From: Eubacteriales bacterium
GTDB taxonomy: Bacteria; Bacillota; Clostridia; Oscillospirales; CAG-382
NCBI GenBank assembly: GCA_045604705.1
Contig: JAZUOO010000012.1
Span: 11,429 to 75,428 of the forward strand
Direction of reading: 5' to 3'
DNA length: 64,000 nt
Every line of letters begins with the position of its first letter. The first letter of the stretch is position 1. Of this stretch, positions 37,972-48,377 are shown one piece after another. A model generated the notes under the pieces. It worked only from the letters and a program-made list of their open reading frames with translations, made no database searches and was not told where the DNA came from. A program made the position numbers and the translations under genes.

Positions 37972-39027
37972 TCAGATATTCTTTTCGTTTTCGGGCTTTT
38001 CATAAGCTTCCTCGTGTTTTTCAACTCTCACGGAACCCCTATTCTTTGACGGTTTGATGTCCGATAGCGGATTTGAGTTCGCAGCATTTTTCAATTGTTC
38101 ATCACTTATGTGTGTATATATTTCCGTTGTTGCAAGGTTTTCGTGCCCGAGTATATCCTTAAGTATTCTTACATCCGTATGTCCGTATTGATACATGAGA
38201 GTAGCAGCTGTATGCCTGAGTTTGTGTACCGACATACCGGGGCGGTCTAGACCTGCTTCTTTCAGATGTTTGTAAATAAGCCATTGGACGGTCTGCTTGC
38301 TTATTCTGTTTCTGTTTCTTGAAATAAAAAGTGCATTTTCCGCTTCATGTTTAGGATTTGTAGGTCTCAAGTTTAAATAATTTTTTATAGCTATTTCGCA
38401 GGCGTCGTTGAGATAAACGATTCTTTCCTTGTTACCCTTACCGATAATTCGCAGTGTTTCAAAATCCTTGCTGATGTCCTTAAGGTTTATCCCGACAAGC
38501 TCGGAAACTCTGAGTCCAAGGTTTAGAAAAAGTGTTATTATTGCAAAATCTCGCTCATAGTTATTTCCTTTAACTGATTCAAGAAGCTGTTTCGATTCTT
38601 CGATATCAAGATATTTCGGAAGTCTTTTTGGTTTTTTTGTTCCTTCAATGTATTCCGTCGGATCTTTCTCAATCAGTTTTTCGTTCTTACTCAGAAATTT
38701 ATAAAATGAACGTAGTGCAGAAAGTTTTCTGTTTCGCGATGCAGGGGCATTGTTCTTTTCAGTGAAGCAGCATTTCAGAAATTCCAAAATATCTTTCGCC
38801 TCAATGGAAAATACAAGCTTATCATCAACTTCGTGGAAGCCCAGATCGCCTTCAAAGTAGCCGGCATATTTCTTAGGATGCCGTTGTTTGAGCATGAATC
38901 TGTAAAAAGTACGCAGATCATGGTAGTATTGGAATACTGTATTTTTGCTTCTGCCTTTATTTACAATCATATGATTAAGGAATTTTTGAACAGATGCAGG
39001 AGCATCGCTGAAATCAAGATTAGTCAT
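37972..39027 (-). CDS. tyrosine-type site-specific recombinase (XerC/XerD family) with a basic C-terminal tail
   Basis: N-terminal SAM-like domain. GLRVSELVG (Arg), HKLRHTAATLMY (H-x-x-R), LGHENLATTEIYTH (catalytic Tyr). Confidence 0.85.
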   Translation of the reverse strand: MTNLDFSDAPASVQKFLNHMIVNKGRSKNTVFQYYHDLRTFYRFMLKQRHPKKYAGYFEGDLGFHEVDDKLVFSIEAKDILEFLKCCFTEKNNAPASRNRKLSALRSFYKFLSKNEKLIEKDPTEYIEGTKKPKRLPKYLDIEESKQLLESVKGNNYERDFAIITLFLNLGLRVSELVGINLKDISKDFETLRIIGKGNKERIVYLNDACEIAIKNYLNLRPTNPKHEAENALFISRNRNRISKQTVQWLIYKHLKEAGLDRPGMSVHKLRHTAATLMYQYGHTDVRILKDILGHENLATTEIYTHISDEQLKNAANSNPLSDIKPSKNRGSVRVEKHEEAYEKPENEKNI

Positions 39028-39127
39028 AAGTTAATCCCCAATTGTATAAAATTTTAATTTTATTACTAATTAATTATATTATATATTTTTCAATTTGTCA
39101 AGTTAAAACCAGAAAGGGAAATGTTTT

Positions 39128-39700
39128 ATGAAAAAAATTTTAAGTGAAAAGGGTAATTTAATAGCGAGATGTATTGTATTTCAGATTGCAATGTCACTCC
39201 TTGGTTTCTTTGTTTTGTCTGGGATTGCAAATATTAGTAATACTGTGGTTCTTATCGGCGGTATTTTTACGATGTTGTTTTATTTTGCAATTATGGGAGC
39301 ATTTCTAAACGAGGACGGTCTGAAAGATGCGCTAATCATGAAACGAAACAATATGTCCTTTGACTATTTTTATGGCATGAAATACGTTGCAATATCATAC
39401 ATACCAACTCTTTTTATGACTGTACTAATTGCGATATTCAGAACCTTTTCTATCGCATCACAAGCAGCAGATTTTTTGGTGATGATAGTAAAATTTTTCT
39501 TTACAGGTATGTATATAGGTATTGATATGTCCTTATTTATTACCGGAGTTGACGAAAACGGATATGCAATTTACAGCACATTTAGTAATAATGGTTATTC
39601 GCTTATAATATATCAGCTGTTCTCTATAGCTGTCTGCGGTATGTTCTATTATTTGGGACTTAAGGGAGTAAACCTTGTGAAAACAAAGGAAAAGAAATAA
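39128..39700 (+). CDS. hypothetical integral membrane protein
   Basis: 190 aa, about 5 TM helices, no motif recognised. Confidence 0.4.
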   Translation: MKKILSEKGNLIARCIVFQIAMSLLGFFVLSGIANISNTVVLIGGIFTMLFYFAIMGAFLNEDGLKDALIMKRNNMSFDYFYGMKYVAISYIPTLFMTVLIAIFRTFSIASQAADFLVMIVKFFFTGMYIGIDMSLFITGVDENGYAIYSTFSNNGYSLIIYQLFSIAVCGMFYYLGLKGVNLVKTKEKK

Positions 39701-39746
39701 TAAAATCGACTACTGCCGAATATTCTTTACAAAGGCGGTGGTATCA

Positions 39747-40496
39747 ATGTTAGAAAAAAATAATAAATTAAATAAGCTACCCGGTATACTTGTAACGATA
39801 ATATCGTTGACCGTATTTTCTTTAGCTTTTATATTTTTGACCATGTTCACGCAAAAGAACAACATATCATTTAATACGTCTACAATTAATAATCTGCCCG
39901 ACTATCCGGTTATTATTATTGATCCCGGACATGGGGGACAAGACGGGGGAGCAGTCGGTTCTTCCGGTATCATGGAAAAGAATATTAATCTCAAGATTTC
40001 CCGATTTATATACGATTTTTGCCGTATATCAGGCATAGATTGCGTTTTGACACGAACAGATGATTCTATGCTTACACCCGAATATTCCGGCTCCTCAAGC
40101 AAAAAACGTTCTGATCTCATTGCAAGAACCGAAATTGCGTCAAAATTTGAAAATGCCGTCTTTATAAGTATACATCAAAATAAATTTGAAAGCGGGAGAT
40201 ATAAGGGTCTACAGGTATTCTACAGTAAAAATAATAGTCTAAGTACTGTTTTGGCAAAAATTATTCAGGAATACAACCGCGATATGCTTGATTCTTCAAA
40301 CAAAAGAGAGATAAAAGCGGCGGGTAGTGAGATTTATGTGCTTGATAATATTGATGCTCCGGCGGTACTCGTTGAATGTGGATTTCTTTCCAACGCCGAG
40401 GAAGAATCTAAGCTAAATTCAGAACAATATCAAAAAGAATTGGCTTTTATGATTTTTTCATCGCTGATGAAGTACGTGTATGGGGGTCATTCATAA
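39747..40496 (+). CDS. cwlD: N-acetylmuramoyl-L-alanine amidase (Amidase_3; CwlD-like germination amidase)
   Basis: N-terminal TM anchor, IIIDPGHGGQDGGAVG, ISIHQN, VLVECGFLSN. Size and single-domain layout fit CwlD. Confidence 0.7.
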   Translation: MLEKNNKLNKLPGILVTIISLTVFSLAFIFLTMFTQKNNISFNTSTINNLPDYPVIIIDPGHGGQDGGAVGSSGIMEKNINLKISRFIYDFCRISGIDCVLTRTDDSMLTPEYSGSSSKKRSDLIARTEIASKFENAVFISIHQNKFESGRYKGLQVFYSKNNSLSTVLAKIIQEYNRDMLDSSNKREIKAAGSEIYVLDNIDAPAVLVECGFLSNAEEESKLNSEQYQKELAFMIFSSLMKYVYGGHS

Positions 40497-40531
40497 AAAG
40501 AATGAAACAATTAAATGAAAGGAAATATTGA

Positions 40532-41938
40532 ATGAAGAATAAGACCGAATATGTTTGCCGTGAATGTGGACATAAGACATCAAAATGGTACGGAAAATGT
40601 CCGGGATGCGGCGAATGGAATTGCTTGGAAGAAACAGAAGTTGATATTGACGTAAAAAAATCAGGCTTATTGCGTGTTAAAACGACTCCCATGAAAACCG
40701 AAAGCAAGTCTTTCCCAATAAATAAAATAGATCTCCCGAATCAGATAAGAACGGTATCCGGAATAGGGGAGTTTGACAGGGTTCTAGGAGGAGGAATAGT
40801 CAATGGCTCGGTCGTGCTTATAAGCGGTGAACCGGGAATTGGTAAATCAACTCTATTGCTTCAAGTATGCGGCAGCCTCGGTGACAGTAATAAGCTTTTG
40901 TATATTTCAGGTGAGGAATCGCCTTCTCAGCTCAAATTGCGTGCGAAACGACTTGGTATTCAATCTCAAGATGTTCTTGTATATTCAGAATGTGAAATCA
41001 ACGAAATTATTGGAGAAATTGAGTTAACTAACCCCGATATAGTGATTATAGACTCGATACAAACTTTGTACGATTCAAATGCTTCTTCGGTTCAAGGTTC
41101 TGTTACGCAAGTAAAGTACTGCGCCAACGAACTGATTCGTATAGCAAAAACTCAGAATATTGCAATTCTGATTGTTGGGCATGTTAATAAAGACGGTGCA
41201 ATTGCAGGCCCGAAAGTGCTTGAACACATGGTAGACACTGTCTTGTATTTTGAGGGTGACAAACAACATACCTACAGACTTTTACGTGCGGTTAAGAACA
41301 GATTTGGATCTACCAACGAAATTGGTGTATTTGATATGGAAGAGTCAGGGCTTTGTGAGGTCGAGAATCCGTCAGAATATCTATTAAGTCAAAGAGAGAT
41401 TAACGCCTCAGGGAGCTGTGCTATGTGTGTGATTGAAGGCACAAGACCTATTCTTGCCGAAATACAGTCACTTGTAACCACAACTGTTTATCCTGCGCCA
41501 AGAAGAACCTCCAACGGCTTTGATTATAACAGAATGAATCTTATTTGTGCTGTTCTTGAGAAAAGGTTAGGACTTGGTTTCTCTTCAAAGGATGTATACC
41601 TTAATGTAGCCGGAGGGTTGCGTCTTGAAGAACCATCAAGTGATCTTGCAACTGCGATCGCTCTGATTTCATCTTTAAAAGATATTCCCGTTCCACCGGA
41701 ATTTGTAGCGATAGGGGAGTTAGGGCTTGCCGGAGAATGCAGGGGTGTCAGTGGAATAGAGCAAAGAATACGTGAATGTGCTCGTTTGGGTCTTAATAGA
41801 ATCATGATTCCTTATGCCAATTATAAAAAAATAAATAAATCTGACTTTATAAAGAAAAAAATCGAGTTGATCCCAATCAGAAATATTTTTGAAACGTTAA
41901 AAATTTTTATAAAAAGAGAAGACAATGATAAACCCTAA
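40532..41938 (+). CDS. radA: DNA repair protein RadA/Sms
   Basis: Zinc finger CRECGHKTSKWYGKCPGCGEWN, Walker A GEPGIGKSTLLLQ, KNRFG motif, Lon-like C-terminal domain. Confidence 0.95.
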   Translation: MKNKTEYVCRECGHKTSKWYGKCPGCGEWNCLEETEVDIDVKKSGLLRVKTTPMKTESKSFPINKIDLPNQIRTVSGIGEFDRVLGGGIVNGSVVLISGEPGIGKSTLLLQVCGSLGDSNKLLYISGEESPSQLKLRAKRLGIQSQDVLVYSECEINEIIGEIELTNPDIVIIDSIQTLYDSNASSVQGSVTQVKYCANELIRIAKTQNIAILIVGHVNKDGAIAGPKVLEHMVDTVLYFEGDKQHTYRLLRAVKNRFGSTNEIGVFDMEESGLCEVENPSEYLLSQREINASGSCAMCVIEGTRPILAEIQSLVTTTVYPAPRRTSNGFDYNRMNLICAVLEKRLGLGFSSKDVYLNVAGGLRLEEPSSDLATAIALISSLKDIPVPPEFVAIGELGLAGECRGVSGIEQRIRECARLGLNRIMIPYANYKKINKSDFIKKKIELIPIRNIFETLKIFIKREDNDKP

Positions 41939-42659
41939 TTTACCTGATAAATTGATAAAAACGGCGATTGTTTCAAAATGTATATCTCAAAAAATGGAGT
42001 TTACATTAAACGAATACGGTATCAATGTCATAAAACTGTTTGGAAACATGAATTGCGATAAAGCAGTTTTACACCATCCTGATCTATATTTGATGCATTG
42101 CAGTAGAAATGATTTGTTTTTGGCGAAAAACATTTGTTCTTTGAGCGGCAGGGGATTTTTTAAAGTCCATGAAATTGATATTGACTTGACGGATTGTGAT
42201 ATAAGATACCCAAATGATGTTTTTTTTAATGCAGTAGCTTTAGGGAAGAATCTCATCTGCTGTAAAAAATATGTGCACCACATTATAACTGAGTTTTCCG
42301 ACTTAAATGGTTACAGGTTAATCAATGTAAATCAGGGATATACAAAATGCAATATTTGCGTGGTTAATGAAAGATCAGTAATTACTGAAGACACCGGGAT
42401 TGCAAAAAAATTATCGGATAATAATTTTGATGTTTTACTTTTAAAAAATCACTGTGTGAAACTAGATGGTTACAAATACGGCTTTATTGGTGGTGCAAGT
42501 GGGAAAATTTCCGAAGATAAAATTGCGTTTTTAGGAAATATTAAAGATCATCCTGAATATGAGGAAATTAAAAGATTTTTATATAAGCATGACGTGATTG
42601 ATGTTTCGCTTTCCGATGAACCTTTGACAGATTTTGGGAGCTTAGTGCCAATAATATGA
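41925..42659 (+). CDS. hypothetical protein (conserved-looking, function unknown)
   Basis: 244-aa ORF overlapping the radA stop by 14 nt. No catalytic motif recognised. Confidence 0.4.
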   Translation: MINPNLPDKLIKTAIVSKCISQKMEFTLNEYGINVIKLFGNMNCDKAVLHHPDLYLMHCSRNDLFLAKNICSLSGRGFFKVHEIDIDLTDCDIRYPNDVFFNAVALGKNLICCKKYVHHIITEFSDLNGYRLINVNQGYTKCNICVVNERSVITEDTGIAKKLSDNNFDVLLLKNHCVKLDGYKYGFIGGASGKISEDKIAFLGNIKDHPEYEEIKRFLYKHDVIDVSLSDEPLTDFGSLVPII

Positions 42660-42843
42660 TATAGTTAATTCTATATAATCTTTTATCGGGTTGAGGGGGG
42701 TTAAAGGACAATAGAAAAATAGTATTAAAGTTGATACATCAATACAATTATATGAAATAAATATTTTATACAATTCGGGGGATTTAAAATTATATAAAAT
42801 ACCCCCCCTTTGGATTAAAAGAGATAAAAATGAAAGGAAAAGT

Positions 42844-43575
42844 ATGCCAATAAAAAAAAGACTTGAATTATATTCTTATGACGCAAATCCTGATAGTTCT
42901 GTAAAAATTCCGTCACTTATGAAACATTTTCAACAAATTGCACGCGAGGATCTTTGCAGTTATGGGATTACCTATAATATGATGCGTGATGCAAATCAAG
43001 TATTTGTTATAATCAAAGCTAAAATAGAATTCAAAAAGAAATTTTCCATTTATGATGAATTATATTTGAAAACGGTTCCGACTAAAGTTACCGGAATTAC
43101 ATTTTACCGCGATTTCTTCATTACTAATAACAAAGGCGAATTATGTGCGGTATGTTCTACTGCGTGGGTGTTGATGAATTATACTCTAAGGCGTATCTTG
43201 AAGCCTTCTGAGATTATTTCCGATGTGCCTTCCTTCCCGGATGAGGCTTCCGATATTACTTTGACGAGAAGATTTTTGTTTGATAATTCCCCTTTTTCAA
43301 AAAGCACAAATGTTCGTGCGGTTTATTTTAGTAATCTTGATGAGAACAATCATTTAAACAATACGGAAACTGCCAGTTTTGCCATTGATGAAATAGCTCA
43401 CAGACTCTATTCCGGTGAAACCATAAAAAGCTTCGAACTGCATTTTAATCATGAATCTGTTCTCGGCGATAATTTAACTATTGTGACCGAAAACCGTGAA
43501 AAATCTTCCTTTATCTCAGCTTTCAATCCTCACTTTGATTCAAATGCCTTCGATTGTCTGGTAGAATTTTATTAA
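42844..43575 (+). CDS. acyl-ACP thioesterase (FatA/FatB-like double hotdog)
   Basis: N-terminal pattern YDANPDSSVKIPSLMKHFQQIAREDL. Second-half NNHLNNTETASFA (N-H active-site region). 243 aa. Confidence 0.7.
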   Translation: MPIKKRLELYSYDANPDSSVKIPSLMKHFQQIAREDLCSYGITYNMMRDANQVFVIIKAKIEFKKKFSIYDELYLKTVPTKVTGITFYRDFFITNNKGELCAVCSTAWVLMNYTLRRILKPSEIISDVPSFPDEASDITLTRRFLFDNSPFSKSTNVRAVYFSNLDENNHLNNTETASFAIDEIAHRLYSGETIKSFELHFNHESVLGDNLTIVTENREKSSFISAFNPHFDSNAFDCLVEFY

Positions 43576-43679
43576 AATATCATTATTTTATTAATAATTT
43601 ACAATTTTTGTGTTTTTTTCACTTTACTTTGTGCAAAATAAATGGTATAATACTAAAAAAAGCTCCAAAGGTGTTGAAT

Positions 43680-44855
43680 ATGACTAATTTTACTTACTAT
43701 ATTCCAACTAAAATTATATTTGGTAAAGGTGAACACAAAAATGTGGGGGCGGTTGTTAAGGATTTCGGATTTAAAAAAGTTCTTCTGCATTACGGTTTCG
43801 GAAGCATCAAAGCAAACGGATGTTACGATGACATTGTGAAATCTTTAAATGACTGTGGTATTGAGTTTTATGAATTATGCGGTGTTGAACCAAATCCAAA
43901 GGTATCACTTGTGAGAAAAGGTGTTAGTATCTGTAAAGAAAAACGTATTGATCTCATTCTTGCTGTTGGCGGCGGAAGTGTAATTGACTCCGCTAAGGCA
44001 ATCGGTTTTTCTGCACTTGCAGATAATGATCCTTGGGATTATTTTGAAGGAATTGCTAAACCTGTATCTTCCATCCCTGTCGGTGTTGTTCTTACATTAT
44101 CCGCCTCCGGCAGTGAAATGAGTAACTCCTGTGTTATTACAAATGACGAGCTTGGACTTAAGCGTGGTTGCGGTACAGAACTTAACAGACCGCTGTTTTC
44201 AATACTAAATCCTGAATTAACTTATTCCGTTGACAAGTATCAGACTGCTTGTGGCATTGTGGATATTATGATGCACACTCTTGAAAGGTATATGACAAAA
44301 TCAGGTTTTGCCTCCCCTACCGATGATATTTCGTCGGCGATTATTAAGAGTACCATGAAAAACGGAGTGATTGCTCTTGAAGATCCCACTAATTATGAAG
44401 CAAGAGCTGCTCTTATGTGGAACGGTACTCTTTCTCATAATGGACTCACCGGTCTTGGCAGGGATTACTTTATGATCTCGCATCAGATAGAACATGAGAT
44501 TAGCGGAATGTATGATAGAATCGCACATGGTGCTGGGCTTGCTATTGTTTTCCCTGCATGGTGTAAGTGGGCTTATAAATACAATATTCCCCGTTTCCTC
44601 GCATTTGCAAAAGATATTATGGAAGTCGAGGATAAAGAATCTGATGAAGCTACCATACTTTGTGCCATTGATAAGCTTTATTCCTTTTTCGAATATATCG
44701 GTATGCCGACACATTTATCCGATGTCAATATAAATGATGACACCATTTTCGAAGAAATGGCTGTAAAATGCACAAGATACGGCAAGCGAGTTCTTGATGG
44801 TTATATAAATTACGGTGTTAAAGAAATAGTAGAAATTTTAAATATTGCAAAATAA
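43680..44855 (+). CDS. iron-containing alcohol dehydrogenase (butanol dehydrogenase/YqhD-like)
   Basis: MTNFTYYIPTKIIFGKGE, AVGGGSVIDSAKA, metal-binding HxxxH region SHQIEHEISGMYDRIAHGAGLA. ATG 43680 preceded by TGGTATAAT and AAAGGTG; the track ORF start at 43554 is upstream non-coding. Confidence 0.9.
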   Translation: MTNFTYYIPTKIIFGKGEHKNVGAVVKDFGFKKVLLHYGFGSIKANGCYDDIVKSLNDCGIEFYELCGVEPNPKVSLVRKGVSICKEKRIDLILAVGGGSVIDSAKAIGFSALADNDPWDYFEGIAKPVSSIPVGVVLTLSASGSEMSNSCVITNDELGLKRGCGTELNRPLFSILNPELTYSVDKYQTACGIVDIMMHTLERYMTKSGFASPTDDISSAIIKSTMKNGVIALEDPTNYEARAALMWNGTLSHNGLTGLGRDYFMISHQIEHEISGMYDRIAHGAGLAIVFPAWCKWAYKYNIPRFLAFAKDIMEVEDKESDEATILCAIDKLYSFFEYIGMPTHLSDVNINDDTIFEEMAVKCTRYGKRVLDGYINYGVKEIVEILNIAK

Positions 44856-44917
44856 TTTGAGAGTCGAGTCGATTTTCATTAAAGAATGGTTATTGTCAAG
44901 AAAGGAATCGATAAATT

Positions 44918-45523
44918 ATGTCAAAACACATTATCACAATATCAAGAGAATACGGAAGTGGCGGACGTTTTATAGGAAAACTTTTGGCGGAAAAGCTAGG
45001 TATACCATTATATGACAATGAACTTATAACTCTTGCAGCAAAAAAAAGCGGTTATTCTGAAACGATATTTGAAAATGTTGAAAAAACAGCGACCCATTCC
45101 CTTCTCTACTCTCTTTCGATGTTCGGAAGTACTGCGGGAGTTTATGGTCTGCCTTTATCAGATAAGGTTTTTATAATCCAATCTGAAATTATCAAAAAAG
45201 TCGCCGCTGAAGGTCCTTGTGTAATTGTAGGACGATGTGCCGATTATGTTTTGAAAGACGAGAAAAATGTTATTGATGTATTCATTCACTCCGAAAAGGA
45301 ACACAGAATAAAGAGAGCCGTTACTTATTATGGTCTTTCAGAGGAAAAGGCAAAGGACGCACTCAATAAAACAGATAAAAGACGTGCATCCTATTACAAC
45401 TACTATACAGGGCACCGTTGGGGGGATGCGAATAATTACGATATATCTCTTAATAGCGACAGGATTGGCATAGAAAATTGTGTAGATATTCTTTACAGAT
45501 ACATTACATCTATTGACAGTTGA
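44918..45523 (+). CDS. cytidylate kinase-like family protein
   Basis: ITISREYGSGGRFIGKLLAEKLGIPLYDNELI and a C-terminal RASYYNYYTG pattern. Confidence 0.8.
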   Translation: MSKHIITISREYGSGGRFIGKLLAEKLGIPLYDNELITLAAKKSGYSETIFENVEKTATHSLLYSLSMFGSTAGVYGLPLSDKVFIIQSEIIKKVAAEGPCVIVGRCADYVLKDEKNVIDVFIHSEKEHRIKRAVTYYGLSEEKAKDALNKTDKRRASYYNYYTGHRWGDANNYDISLNSDRIGIENCVDILYRYITSIDS

Positions 45524-45563
45524 TTTTTATCTTTTATTATTTATAAAATTTTAAATAGTTATT

Positions 45564-45600
45564 TCCGACAGAGTACATTGGTTCTGTCGGATTTCTTATT
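45564..45600 (+). terminator. intrinsic terminator
   Basis: TCCGACAGAG-loop-TTCTGTCGGA followed by TTTCTTATT. Confidence 0.65.
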
Positions 45601-45754
45601 ATTAATTGGTAATTTTATATTTCAAAGTTTAAAACAAATTCAACTGTTGTATCCTGATTTGTATGCGACACATATTATATATTGCGGTTAAGACAGATTA
45701 ACGATGCCGCACTTTTGAAACTCAGATATTTGATTTGAAAGGTACTGATAAGTA

Positions 45755-46078
45755 ATGATAAACCGTAATAATAGATTTGAAAGAAATCTTTGCTCAGAAT
45801 TCGCAAGAAATTCTTTTTTAAATAAGGGCAGTTTAGTTCAAAATAATTCTGTAATGCGAGAGAATACTGAAATAACGTCAGATGTGACTGGATGTGGTAC
45901 AAATTCCGGTTCAACTTATGGACTTGCAGGATACCCCTTAGCAAGCGTTTTCGCACCTTTGCAGGATTTTGATGAAATATATAACTGTGAAACAGGCCTT
46001 TCTCGCGGAACTATTTTCACAGAACTTGATCTTCCCTTTGTATGCGGTGGCTTGAACGGAGGTGTCAGCCGTGGATAA
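45755..46078 (+). CDS. cotJA: spore coat-associated protein CotJA
   Basis: LAGYPLASVFAPLQDFDEIYNCETGLSRGTIFTELDLPF matches the CotJA signature. First gene of a cotJABC arrangement. Confidence 0.7.
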   Translation: MINRNNRFERNLCSEFARNSFLNKGSLVQNNSVMRENTEITSDVTGCGTNSGSTYGLAGYPLASVFAPLQDFDEIYNCETGLSRGTIFTELDLPFVCGGLNGGVSRG

Positions 46079-46139
46079 AAATAACAACTGTCGGTCCTCT
46101 TGCAACAGAAACTCAATATATAATAACAGACGTGATACT

Positions 46140-46403
46140 ATGGCTGAAAACACTAACTGTCATGCATTAAAAACGAGATTCCAGCAGGTTGAATTTGCAA
46201 TAACGGAAACTGTATTGTATCTCGATGCATATCCGGAATGTAAAAAAGCTCTTGACTATTATCATCAGTTGATTGATGAACGCGAACAGCTCCTGTCAGC
46301 AATAAACAATCAGTGTGGTCCCATAACCCATTTCGGTAATGTAAGCATTGACGCATGGCATTGGACTTCTTCGCCGTGGCCATGGAAGTACGAAGCTAAC
46401 TGA
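46140..46403 (+). CDS. cotJB: spore coat protein CotJB
   Basis: QQVEFAITETVLYLDAYPECKKALDYYH...SSPWPWKYE. ATG 46140 preferred over track start 46062. Confidence 0.8.
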   Translation: MAENTNCHALKTRFQQVEFAITETVLYLDAYPECKKALDYYHQLIDEREQLLSAINNQCGPITHFGNVSIDAWHWTSSPWPWKYEAN

Positions 46404-46417
46404 AAGGAGTGATTTAT

Positions 46418-47026
46418 ATGTGGATATACGAGAAAAAGTTACAGTATCCTGTTAAAATAACAAATCCTAATCCTCGACTTGCACAGGTTATTATTAGCCA
46501 GCTTGGCGGTCCCGATGGCGAAATGGGAGCTTCTATGAGGTATCTTCATCAAAGGTACAGCTGTCCTTATGAGAAAGTTACAGGTATTCTTACTGATGTA
46601 GGCACGGAAGAACTTGCACATCTTGAAATTGTGGCATCTATAATCCATCAGCTTACAAGAAACTTGACTGCCGAACAAATTACAGGTACCCCATTTGCAA
46701 CCTATTTTGTAGATCATACGACAGGAGTATACCCCGTCGCTGCATCAGGTGTGCCTTTTGATATGAAATATGTTGGAGTTAAGGGCGATATTCTTGCAGA
46801 CCTCAACGAGGACTTGGCAGCAGAACAAAAAGCCAGAGTAACCTATGACAACATTCTCAGACTCACTGATGACCCCGACGTCAGAGATGTTATCAAATTT
46901 CTCCGAGAAAGGGAGATAGTTCACTATCAGCGTTTCGGCGATGCCTTAAGAATATCCCAGGATAAACTTGATTCTCGCAACTTCTACGCTTGCAACCCAT
47001 CATTTGATAAAAAAGCCAGAGGATAA
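46418..47026 (+). CDS. cotJC: manganese catalase family spore coat protein CotJC
   Basis: MWIYEKKLQYPVKI..., GGPDGEMGASMRYLHQRYS, EELAHLEIV (di-Mn ligands), REIVHYQRF. AAAGGAG RBS before ATG 46418. Confidence 0.9.
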   Translation: MWIYEKKLQYPVKITNPNPRLAQVIISQLGGPDGEMGASMRYLHQRYSCPYEKVTGILTDVGTEELAHLEIVASIIHQLTRNLTAEQITGTPFATYFVDHTTGVYPVAASGVPFDMKYVGVKGDILADLNEDLAAEQKARVTYDNILRLTDDPDVRDVIKFLREREIVHYQRFGDALRISQDKLDSRNFYACNPSFDKKARG

Positions 47027-47492
47027 AATTTTTGGCTGTACCACCGACTTTGGCGATACAGCCATTCTGCATTATTTAAGTAACCCCATACTTACTATTC
47101 AATTTATATGCCGGTTGAGTCCATCATTTCGCCTAATTACAAGTTAAATTTTCACATCATTCGAGAGGTAATAACCATAGCGAAAGGTGTTTTGCTATAG
47201 ATTAAGATTAAAGACAATTTTTGATTTAAATATGAGAATGACATAGTTTCTACACAGACATATTTCCTCCGTAATTACTGAGTGCATTAACTAATACGGA
47301 CTGTGAATTACATAATATGTCAGTTATCATACAAAAAAAATTCATAAAAACATTTCATAGCTGTCAATATTGAATAAAATATGCAAATATTTGCTATATT
47401 AAGGTTAAAATTTTCCCGATCCTATTTACAAATTGATTTTTTTTTGTTATAATGTGAAAGTAAATTTGAATTAAACAAAGGAGTTTAAAACA

Positions 47493-48176
47493 ATGGAAAA
47501 GATTTACACTGGCAAAACAAAGGATGTATACAAGCTTGACAATGGCAATGTTATGCTCAAGTTCAAGGACGACTGTACGGGCAAAGACGGCGTATTTGAC
47601 CCCGGTGAAAACACTGTAGGTCTTACAATCGACGGTATCGGCAAGGCAAATCTTAAGTCTTCCGTTTACTACTTTGACCTCATAAAAAAAGCCGGAATCA
47701 AGACACACTACGTTAGTGCAGACATTGAAAATGCAACTATGGAGGTTCTTCCCGCAACTGTATTTGGTCACGGTCTTGAAGTAATCTGCAGACTTGTAGC
47801 TACAGGCAGCTTCATAAGAAGATACGGCGAATATATTGAAGATGGTACTCCCCTTGAGGGCGGCTATGTCGAATGTACATTTAAGAACGACGAAAAGGGA
47901 GATCCGCTTGTAACAAGCGAAGGTCTCGCAGCTCTCGGCGTAATGACACCCGAAATGTTTGCAAGTATGAAGGAACAGACACTCAAGATCACAAAGATTG
48001 TTGCCGATGACCTTAAAACAATCGGTCTTGATCTCTGGGACATCAAGTTTGAATTTGGCTACAACAACGGCGAAGTAATTCTTATCGACGAAATCGCTTC
48101 CGGTAACATGAGAGTTTACAAGGATGGCAAGATTGTTGATCCCGTTGACCTTACAAAGTATATCAACGAAAGATAA
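47493..48176 (+). CDS. purC: phosphoribosylaminoimidazole-succinocarboxamide synthase
   Basis: [35 protein letters not shown]. Short-type PurC, 227 aa. Extended -10 TGTTATAAT upstream. Confidence 0.95.
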   Translation: MEKIYTGKTKDVYKLDNGNVMLKFKDDCTGKDGVFDPGENTVGLTIDGIGKANLKSSVYYFDLIKKAGIKTHYVSADIENATMEVLPATVFGHGLEVICRLVATGSFIRRYGEYIEDGTPLEGGYVECTFKNDEKGDPLVTSEGLAALGVMTPEMFASMKEQTLKITKIVADDLKTIGLDLWDIKFEFGYNNGEVILIDEIASGNMRVYKDGKIVDPVDLTKYINER

Positions 48177-48377
48177 TCATATATTTAATTTGCCGGACAG
48201 GAGTACGTCTTCCTGCCCGGTTTTCATTTTTTATGTTTTTTAGCCGAAATATTTTTTCTTTTGCCATAAAAAAGTAAAGCAAAACAATTTTCTATTTTTT
48301 TAAAATACTTGCATTTTACACTCTTATATGTTATACTAAAATTATAAATTTTAAAGTTACGAAAGGAACTTATTAAA

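Noticed and set aside
37972-39027. Tyrosine recombinase as a marker of an integrated element
   Set aside because: No flanking direct repeats, tRNA target or phage/ICE genes adjoin it. The neighbours (proC, a YesL-like protein, a cwlD-like amidase, radA) are core genes.
42660-42843. G5/C7-containing inverted segment (GGGGGATTTAAAATTATATAAAATACCCCCCC) between the hypothetical gene and the thioesterase gene
   Set aside because: It has a short stem and a very AT-rich 20-nt loop, with no U-tract and no second copy in the window. Evidence for a regulatory call is insufficient.
47027-47492. Possible purine or ZTP riboswitch in the 466-bp gap upstream of purC (the string AGTTTCTAC at about 47256-47264 recalls the purine riboswitch J2/3)
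   Set aside because: The flanking P2/P3 helices and the conserved UAUAAU and CCG...CGG elements are absent. No CGCCTGGGC-type ZTP core is present. The best purC promoter (TTTACA-17-TATAAT at about 47425-47453) leaves only a ~35-nt leader. The gap remains unexplained.
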